From IMG/VR virus record IMGVR_UViG_3300003471_000084, positions 1-62,083 of that record: a DNA stretch of 62,083 nt. One strand, given 5' to 3'. Made by a program: the position numbers and the translations under genes. Of the stretch, positions 56,078-62,083 are shown in pieces; the first letter of the stretch is position 1, and every line of letters begins with the position of its first letter. This DNA comes from a virus (lineage: Duplodnaviria; Caudoviricetes). The notes under the pieces are model-generated. The model ran no database searches and had not been told where the DNA came from. It worked only from the letters and a program-made list of their open reading frames with translations.

Positions 56078-56151
56078 TTTTATTTCCAGTACGCAGGTTA
56101 CGGAAATTCATGTTATAACTAAGAAAAACAATGAAAGGAATGGGATTTATA

Positions 56152-56463
56152 ATGGAAGAAAAAATCTATAAAATTACTTTAGCTGACGGTTCGATCATCG
56201 ACAACTTGAAGCTAAACGGCAACAATTTCATTTCCCAAGAAAGCGTTGATCCGGAGATTTTTAATGGGAATTGCTCCCCTGTAATAATCAGCGACGGTTC
56301 TAACGACGAGCTTCATGATCATATGGACCTTGTGCAGATTACTAAGGGTTCTGCTGAGGACTATTGGTTCGTTCTCCGTGATATCTCCATCGAGGAACTT
56401 ACACGGATGAAGATGCAGTCAGACATCGAATACGTAGCAATGATGGCTGGCGTAACACTTTAA
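56152..56463 (+). CDS. Hypothetical tail-associated protein (XkdW-like position)
   Basis: Ends DIEYVAMMAGV; precedes XkdX-like gene. Confidence 0.6.
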   Translation: MEEKIYKITLADGSIIDNLKLNGNNFISQESVDPEIFNGNCSPVIISDGSNDELHDHMDLVQITKGSAEDYWFVLRDISIEELTRMKMQSDIEYVAMMAGVTL

Positions 56464-56478
56464 GAGAGGAGGATCACC

Positions 56479-56619
56479 ATGGAACATAGCAAGAATTACG
56501 GTAAGGTAAAGAGTTGGTACGACCTGAAGATGTGGCCCGAGTCTCGTGTGCGCGATGCTGTTGTAATGAACTGGATTACCGAAGACGAGTTCACTGAAAT
56601 CACCGGTAAGGCGTATTAA
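56479..56619 (+). CDS. XkdX-like small protein, not in ORF track
   Basis: KVKSWY...W...V..AV...WITEDEFTEITG.Y; RBS GGAGG. Confidence 0.75.
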   Translation: MEHSKNYGKVKSWYDLKMWPESRVRDAVVMNWITEDEFTEITGKAY

Positions 56620-57110
56620 TGAGTGTTCTCGTAAGTGACCGAAAAGAGTCCAAATTCGAGGCAATAACTTACTCGGTCGAGTTGAGAAATCTAATCATTG
56701 AACTTATGCAACGGGGATTCGGTATCAAAGATTTGAATGCTGTCGCTCGTCAACGGTATATATTTGGAAAAGACAATATAGAGAATCCAGCGAAATACGT
56801 TTATTTGATACAGACTTTTAAAGAGCGAATCCATTTGACGGCTTCTTTAGTAACGAGTAACGTAAGGGCTGCTAACTCTATTTATCCGACCTCTCTTGCA
56901 GAATACGAACAGAGACGAGGTTATCAGAATATCGCCATAGCCAACTGTGAACAGCTTATTTCTGAGCTACAGCAAATTGTCGAGGTCTTCGACGTTGATA
57001 TCAATATCTATGGCAAATACATCCAAGCTATCGACCGAGAAATCGGTTTGATAAAGAAATGGCGTCAACGCGACAACAAGATTAAGTCACATCTACAGGG
57101 TAACATCTAA
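56619..57110 (+). CDS. avd: DGR accessory variability determinant (Avd-like four-helix bundle)
   Basis: Immediately upstream of TR and RT; helical, ends IGLIKKWRQRD. Confidence 0.75.
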   Translation: MSVLVSDRKESKFEAITYSVELRNLIIELMQRGFGIKDLNAVARQRYIFGKDNIENPAKYVYLIQTFKERIHLTASLVTSNVRAANSIYPTSLAEYEQRRGYQNIAIANCEQLISELQQIVEVFDVDINIYGKYIQAIDREIGLIKKWRQRDNKIKSHLQGNI

Positions 57111-57118
57111 ATCTGCGC

Positions 57119-57202
57119 TGTCTGCGTCTTATTTCGCTAATGTGAACAACAATGGCAATACGAACTACAACAACGCGTCGAACTCTAATGGGGTTCGTCC
57201 GG
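57119..57202 (+). ncRNA. DGR template repeat (TR)
   Basis: Intergenic between avd and RT; ten AAY triplets and 23 adenines; differs from VR1 and VR2 only at A. Confidence 0.95.
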
Positions 57203-57312
57203 ATTCTCTGACTAACCAACAGAGAAGGAGATGTTGTCCTTTCCTACAAGGAGAAATAACAAAGCCGGACGCAATTTACTACGGTAAGTATTGCTATAAC
57301 GGTGAATAATTT

Positions 57313-58509
57313 ATGACTTATGAGGAAATCGCTTGCGATGCCAACAACTTGTATGGGGCTTACAAGGCTTCTGTGAAAGGTAGCAAATGGAAAGAAACTA
57401 CTCAGAAGTTCATGATGAATTTCTTGAGGTACATCTTTTCTATTCAAGAGGACCTTATCAATCGCACTCTTCAAAATAGTGCGACAGATGAGTTTTCGCT
57501 ATCTGAACGAGGCCGAGTAAGACCCATTACAAGTATTCCAACAAGAGATCGCATAATCAGACACGTGCTATGTGACGAAGTTTTACTTCCAGAAGTCCGG
57601 AAGCACATCATATACGATAACGGAGCCTCGATTAAAGGGAGAGGAATCTCTCATTCAAGAAATCGATTCGAGGTTCATCTAAGAAAGTATTATAAGGCAC
57701 ACGGTAGCGAAGGTTATATTCTGTTTGGCGATTTCAGTAAGTTTTACGATAATATTATTCACGAAATTGCCAAGAGGGAGCTTTTGAAGCTGCTCGGAGA
57801 CGACGAGTTCGTAGATTGGTTACTTACTCTGATATTTGACGAATTTAGAATTGACGTTTCTTATATGTCAGATGAAGAGTACACAACTTGTATGACCGAC
57901 ACCTTCAACAAACTTGAATATAGGTTAATCCCTAAAGATCTTCTCACCGGCGAGAAATGGATGGATAAGTCTGTTAACATTGGCGATCAGTTGAGCCAGA
58001 TTATCGGTATCTACTATCCGCATCGAATGGACAATTACGTTAAATACGTAAGAAGCCAGAAGTTCTATGGAAGATATATGGATGACTGGTATATTATGAG
58101 CCCAAGCAAAGAAGAATTGCAGGATTTGCTTGAAAATATTCGAGTAATAACCAGCGAACTTGGCATTCATATCAACGAAAAGAAAACTCATATCGCAAAG
58201 ATTAACAGCACCTACAAATATTTGCAGGTTAAATACTCACTTACGAGTACCGGTAAAATCATCAAGCGAATGAACCCAACACGAGTTACCGCCATGCGTA
58301 GAAAACTTAAGAAGCTGGCCGTTAAAGTTCGAAACGGTGAAATCATCTACGATCATGTCGAGAATATGTTTCGTAGTTGGATGGGAAGTTTCTACAAGCT
58401 GTTATCAAAGCAACAACGACTCAACTTAATATCGCTCTATGAGGACCTCTTCGATAAAAAGATTAAGGTCGTCAACAAAAAACTTATCGTAGAGGAGGTT
58501 CACACATAA
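57313..58509 (+). CDS. DGR reverse transcriptase
   Basis: RDRIIRH, GDFSKFYDNI, IGDQLSQ, YGRYMDD, INEKKT; adjacent to TR. Confidence 0.95.
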   Translation: MTYEEIACDANNLYGAYKASVKGSKWKETTQKFMMNFLRYIFSIQEDLINRTLQNSATDEFSLSERGRVRPITSIPTRDRIIRHVLCDEVLLPEVRKHIIYDNGASIKGRGISHSRNRFEVHLRKYYKAHGSEGYILFGDFSKFYDNIIHEIAKRELLKLLGDDEFVDWLLTLIFDEFRIDVSYMSDEEYTTCMTDTFNKLEYRLIPKDLLTGEKWMDKSVNIGDQLSQIIGIYYPHRMDNYVKYVRSQKFYGRYMDDWYIMSPSKEELQDLLENIRVITSELGIHINEKKTHIAKINSTYKYLQVKYSLTSTGKIIKRMNPTRVTAMRRKLKKLAVKVRNGEIIYDHVENMFRSWMGSFYKLLSKQQRLNLISLYEDLFDKKIKVVNKKLIVEEVHT

Positions 58510-58536
58510 TGGAACCATCGATTCGAACTATATGCA

Positions 58537-58568
58537 GGAGAGGGTCTAAACAGCCCTCTCCCTTTTTT
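58537..58568 (+). terminator. Terminator closing the DGR cassette
   Basis: GGAGAGGG...CCCTCTCC then T tract. Confidence 0.75.
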
Positions 58569-58585
58569 ATTTGGAGGTGGAATGA

Positions 58586-58927
58586 ATGGATCAAACACAA
58601 ATGTTAGCTCTTATCTTGGGAGGGGTGTTCTCAGGTGCATTTCTTTCCAGCCTCGTACAATTGATTATTTGGAAGTGGAATCGCAAAGCTGCCAAAGACG
58701 ATAGGGCTTGTGACGGAGACAAGCATATCAAAAACGCCCTGAGAATCCTAATGTATGATCGTATAAAACATCTCGGTAAGTGCTATATCGAGAAAAAATC
58801 TGTTACAGCCGATGAACTCGAGGATCTTGTTGCGATGCATAAATGCTATCACGATGATTTGGATGGTAACGGTTTTCTAGATACTCTAATGGCACAAGTT
58901 AAGGCTTTGCCGATTCATCAAAAATAG
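58586..58927 (+). CDS. Holin-like membrane protein
   Basis: N-terminal TM; YHDDLDGNG motif; start of lysis module. Confidence 0.55.
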   Translation: MDQTQMLALILGGVFSGAFLSSLVQLIIWKWNRKAAKDDRACDGDKHIKNALRILMYDRIKHLGKCYIEKKSVTADELEDLVAMHKCYHDDLDGNGFLDTLMAQVKALPIHQK

Positions 58928-58939
58928 GAGGTGTTACAT

Positions 58940-59671
58940 ATGCCAAAGATTCAAGCAAAACAGCTCGTTGAATGTTTTCGCCGTTATTGTGCTGAGCACT
59001 GGGGCTACGTATGGGGTTTGAACGGCGAGCTGTATACGCAGGCAAAGGCTAATGAATATAAAGCTACTCAACGTAGCACTTCAAAATGGAGAAATCCTCG
59101 AACATATTGGACCGAGGATTGTAAACGTTGGATTGGGCGAATGGCTGCTGATTGTTCTGGTGGTATTGTATCTGCCATTCGAGAATTTGACAAGAAATAC
59201 AGTGATCGAAACGCCAACACGTTTTACAACCAATGCTCCGAGAAGGGACCAATTAAGACAATTCCTGAAATTCCTGGTTTGTGCGTTTGGAGAGATGGAC
59301 ATATCGGTATTTATGAAGGCGCTGGCTTTGTAATAGAGTTTCGCGGGACGGAATATGGATGTGTCCGTACAAAACTTTCTGAACGCAACTTCACAAATTG
59401 GGGAAAATTGCGAGATGTCGATTATTCAGATATTCCGCAAAAAGAGACACCAAAGACTGCTACATATAAGGTTGATGATATTGTCTTGTTTACCTCCGGC
59501 GCCGTGTTCAGCTCATCCAATGCAGTTACTCCAGCACATAATCGTGGTAAATCTAGATGCAAGGTCACAAAGACCTATAATGGTAAGCATCCATACCATC
59601 TGATCAGTGAAGATGGTGGACGAGTCTATGGGTGGGTCAACGCAAGCGACATTGCCTCGTATGAGCAGTGA
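58940..59671 (+). CDS. Endolysin, NlpC/P60-like peptidase with C-terminal binding domain
   Basis: YVWG, DCSG, GHIGIY; C-terminal HPYHL...VYGWV. Confidence 0.8.
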   Translation: MPKIQAKQLVECFRRYCAEHWGYVWGLNGELYTQAKANEYKATQRSTSKWRNPRTYWTEDCKRWIGRMAADCSGGIVSAIREFDKKYSDRNANTFYNQCSEKGPIKTIPEIPGLCVWRDGHIGIYEGAGFVIEFRGTEYGCVRTKLSERNFTNWGKLRDVDYSDIPQKETPKTATYKVDDIVLFTSGAVFSSSNAVTPAHNRGKSRCKVTKTYNGKHPYHLISEDGGRVYGWVNASDIASYEQ

Positions 59672-59684
59672 GAAGGAGGTTATT

Positions 59685-60035
59685 ATGAGAAAGAAATACG
59701 AAGACCTTCTCGAACGCTCAAAATTTGAAGAGGTCCCAAAAGAAATTCTCCCAAAAGAAGATCCAGTTACGAATGAATCTGAAGACCCGTATCAAAAAGA
59801 ACGAAAGCGGCGCAACAAAGCGGCAAACATATTCGTATCGATCAGCCTTGCGATGTGTATCATTATCACCTTGGTTGTTTTGTATGATTATCATCGTCTT
59901 GACCTGGTTCTTGGATCTGGTGAGATAACGGCTCTAATGGCCTTATGGGGCGGAGAACTACTCATTATCGCTCTTAGACAAATATTTGGGAGCGACGTGA
60001 TAAAAAAACGAAAAGAGGAGGATGAAGATCAATGA
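59685..60035 (+). CDS. Two-TM membrane protein (lysis module)
   Basis: RBS AAGGAGG; two hydrophobic segments. Confidence 0.6.
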   Translation: MRKKYEDLLERSKFEEVPKEILPKEDPVTNESEDPYQKERKRRNKAANIFVSISLAMCIIITLVVLYDYHRLDLVLGSGEITALMALWGGELLIIALRQIFGSDVIKKRKEEDEDQ

Positions 60036-60358
60036 AAATCGTTGAATTTCTATTGGTAAACTGGGATAGCGTAGCTATCGTCGTTCTTATGTTGGGGGTC
60101 ATAACTTTTTTAATCATTAAGAAGCAATGGGGTATCCTCGACAAGATGTTATTTGCATTGGTGACGTGGGCCGAGCGTGAGTACGGCGGCGGAACTGGCA
60201 ATCTCAAGTTGGCTGCGGTTATCGAAAAAGTTTACCCACATATTCCGGCTATTATCCGGCTGTTCTTGTCTACTGGGGCACTCGAAAAGATGATCGAAAA
60301 AGCCTTGGAAGAAGCAAAGAAACGGTGGGAGCAGAACCCCGTATTACTCTCAGTTTGA
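60032..60358 (+). CDS. Holin-like protein
   Basis: N-terminal TM, AEREYGGGTGNLK, IEKAL. Confidence 0.6.
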   Translation: MKIVEFLLVNWDSVAIVVLMLGVITFLIIKKQWGILDKMLFALVTWAEREYGGGTGNLKLAAVIEKVYPHIPAIIRLFLSTGALEKMIEKALEEAKKRWEQNPVLLSV

Positions 60359-60370
60359 AGGAGGTAGATT

Positions 60371-60703
60371 ATGAGCTATAGTGTTTCTGGAACAACTATA
60401 ACCCTTACGAGAGGAGATACATTTATGGCTCTTATCTCGATTACCGATTCGGAAAGTGTTCCGTACGTACCAGTCGAGGGCGATTCTGTGCGATTTGCTA
60501 TGAAGGCTACATATGGAGACACCGAGCCACTCTTGGTAAAAGATATTCCGATCGATACCTTGAAACTGGTCATTGATCCAGAAGATACCAAAAGGCTTCC
60601 ATTTGGCAACTACGTGTACGATATTCAGTTGACAAAGGCCAGCGGAGAGGTGGATACATTCATTCCAACTGCAAAACTAAAATTAACAGAAGAGGTGTAC
60701 TGA
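60371..60703 (+). CDS. BppU-like / Ig-fold structural protein
   Basis: ITLTRGDT...PEDT..L..G.YVYDIQL. Confidence 0.55.
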   Translation: MSYSVSGTTITLTRGDTFMALISITDSESVPYVPVEGDSVRFAMKATYGDTEPLLVKDIPIDTLKLVIDPEDTKRLPFGNYVYDIQLTKASGEVDTFIPTAKLKLTEEVY

Positions 60704-60704
60704 T

Positions 60705-60992
60705 ATGAGCGGAATTCAGGCTTTGGAGTCTTTAACCGGCTCAATTTCATCAGAAAGCACCTTATTTGGAAAGCTATCTTGTAACAGCGGCTTAAAGGGA
60801 AAGCTTTCGATTATGAAAGAGTACGATAAGTATGACGGAGATTACAAAGTTATTCCTCGTGCTTTTATCGAACAGTCCCTCCAAACCGCCAACAAGGTAC
60901 TTAGCGAGGATGTGGTCGTTAAGGAAGTCCCATATTGGGAAACGAGCAACACCTCAAATGGAAAAACCGCTTATATAGCAAAGGAGGTGTAG
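60705..60992 (+). CDS. Hypothetical structural protein
   Basis: C-terminal VPYWETSNTSNGKT resembles the C-terminus of 60994. Confidence 0.55.
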   Translation: MSGIQALESLTGSISSESTLFGKLSCNSGLKGKLSIMKEYDKYDGDYKVIPRAFIEQSLQTANKVLSEDVVVKEVPYWETSNTSNGKTAYIAKEV

Positions 60993-60993
60993 C

Positions 60994-61569
60994 ATGGCAA
61001 TAAATAAAGTGATTTATGGTGGTCAAACGCTGATCGATCTGACTTCGGATTCCGTCATACCTAGCAAACTCCTTGTCGGTGAGACAGCGCACGATAAGAG
61101 CGGCGAAGTCATCATTGGTACTTGTCCTTTTGATGTTGATTCTAAGGACGCTACGGCGGCAGCATCTGAGATCCTAAAGGATAAGACTGCTTATGCTCGA
61201 GGAGCAAAAGTCGTTGGCTCCATGGTCAATAACGGGGCAGTCAATGGCACCATTGCGAATAAGAACTCCGCTTTTACGATTCCCATTGGTTACCACGATG
61301 GGTCTGGAAATGTTACTTTAGATGTTACGGAGAAAGCCAAACTCATCGCGGCAAACATCAAATCGGGAATCAGTCTTCTTGGAGTTACGGGTTCTTATAG
61401 CGGAGAGGCTATCAAAGCCCAGAGTAAATCGTTAACTCCAGGCACAGAAGCTAAGACCGTTTTGCCTGATGCTGGATTTGATTATTTGTCTCAAGTAACG
61501 GTTGAAGCAATTCCATACGTAGAAACAAGTAATGCTGCCGGAGGAACGACGGTAACGATTGCGGGGTGA
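60994..61569 (+). CDS. Tail-fibre/decoration-like protein
   Basis: LIDLT, IPIGYHDGSG, NIKSGISLLGVTG motifs. Confidence 0.55.
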   Translation: MAINKVIYGGQTLIDLTSDSVIPSKLLVGETAHDKSGEVIIGTCPFDVDSKDATAAASEILKDKTAYARGAKVVGSMVNNGAVNGTIANKNSAFTIPIGYHDGSGNVTLDVTEKAKLIAANIKSGISLLGVTGSYSGEAIKAQSKSLTPGTEAKTVLPDAGFDYLSQVTVEAIPYVETSNAAGGTTVTIAG

Positions 61570-61573
61570 TTAA

Positions 61574-61825
61574 ATGGCTATAAACAAAATCGTTTATAAC
61601 CGACAGACGCTGATTGACCTGACAAACGATACCGTTAAAGCAGAAAATTTGCTAAAAGGCTGTACTGCACATCAGGCTGATGGTACACTTATTACTGGAA
61701 CATTATTTGAAGGGTACCCTGCCATGTATTATGTTTATGAGTCCCTACAAGATTCACTTGGACGTAATATTATGGACGGAGCCGGTAACGTAATACAAGG
61801 CAGAATGGCGTATAAAAAAGTGTAG
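61574..61825 (+). CDS. Short paralog of the 60994 N-terminus
   Basis: MAINKIVYNRQTLIDLT vs MAINKVIYGGQTLIDLT. Confidence 0.6.
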   Translation: MAINKIVYNRQTLIDLTNDTVKAENLLKGCTAHQADGTLITGTLFEGYPAMYYVYESLQDSLGRNIMDGAGNVIQGRMAYKKV

Positions 61826-61860
61826 GAAAGTCGTTTAGTTGTTGATTATTCCTACACATA
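61820..61860. repeat. Inverted pair GTGTAGGA / TCCTACAC, putative arm-type sites
   Basis: TATTCCTACACATA at 61847-61860 is identical to 517-530. Confidence 0.7.
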
Positions 61861-61896
61861 GCCATAAAAACGCTGATTTTACGGGGTTTTATGTTT

Positions 61897-61904
61897 CTAT
61901 AATA
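61897..61904. other. att core (right junction) CTATAATA
   Basis: Identical to 381-388. Confidence 0.9.
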
Positions 61905-62083
61905 TAAAAATATTTATATTTCTTCCCATAATCCGCCGGATTGAGGTCATAGAGAGGACAGGACCAGATCTGACCATTGCCCGTGTATCTCCTGCAGTAT
62001 TCCAAAAAGCCTTCCCCATTCATATAATTTCTCTGATAATCCTTCATTGTAGTCCTGTTTTTGATTTTTTCAGTTCTATACAT
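61897..62083 (-). pseudogene. 5' part of the same host DUF2284-like gene
   Basis: MYRTEK...FLEYC...WSCPLYD...KYFYII, then runs into phage DNA and stops (ET*); joins the left fragment in frame at the core. Confidence 0.85.

Larger units (their letters stand above)
381..61904. mobile_element. Complete temperate siphovirus-like prophage
   Basis: Integrase at left end; replication, packaging, head, tail and lysis modules; bounded by direct repeat CTATAATA that splits a host ORF whose halves rejoin in frame. Confidence 0.95.

Noticed and set aside
57119-57202. AAC-rich stretch as microsatellite or CRISPR
   Set aside because: It is the DGR template repeat; no repeat-spacer array was seen in the window
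57313-58509. RT as group II intron or retron
   Set aside because: TR/VR pairs and an Avd-like neighbour identify a DGR; no intron ends or msr-msd seen

Overview
The window is an apparently complete ~61.5 kb temperate siphovirus-type prophage, probably of a Firmicutes/Clostridia-type host (inferred from RBS style and gene content). It is inserted in a minus-strand host gene (DUF2284-like metal-binding protein) through an 8-bp core CTATAATA (381-388 and 61897-61904). The two gene halves rejoin in frame, and the rebuilt attP is a perfect palindrome. Except for the tyrosine integrase, all credible phage genes are on the + strand: early cassettes, replication (NAD ligase, helicase-primase-PolB fusion, SSB, SF2 helicase), nucleotide metabolism (ThyX-like, dCMP deaminase, NrdDG), a candidate origin, packaging, head, tail and lysis. 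Highlights: (1) a diversity-generating retroelement (avd-TR-RT) whose single 84-bp template repeat diversifies two targets, the adjacent tail/receptor-binding gene and a stand-alone lectin-like gene ~48 kb away in the early region, both with adenine-only substitutions and matching homing signals; (2) an 894-aa protein with the motif set of YonO/RdRP-like two-barrel RNA polymerases; (3) a fixed-spacing phage-specific promoter-like motif in nine copies; (4) a tRNA-like RNA with a 10-bp acceptor stem and a shrunken anticodon arm; (5) a long G-U-rich RNA hairpin whose loop is antisense to the ribosome-binding sites of many early genes; (6) a strand-biased TTCAAAATGR motif seen only in the right half. 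Family names come from motif recognition by eye; no database searches were run.
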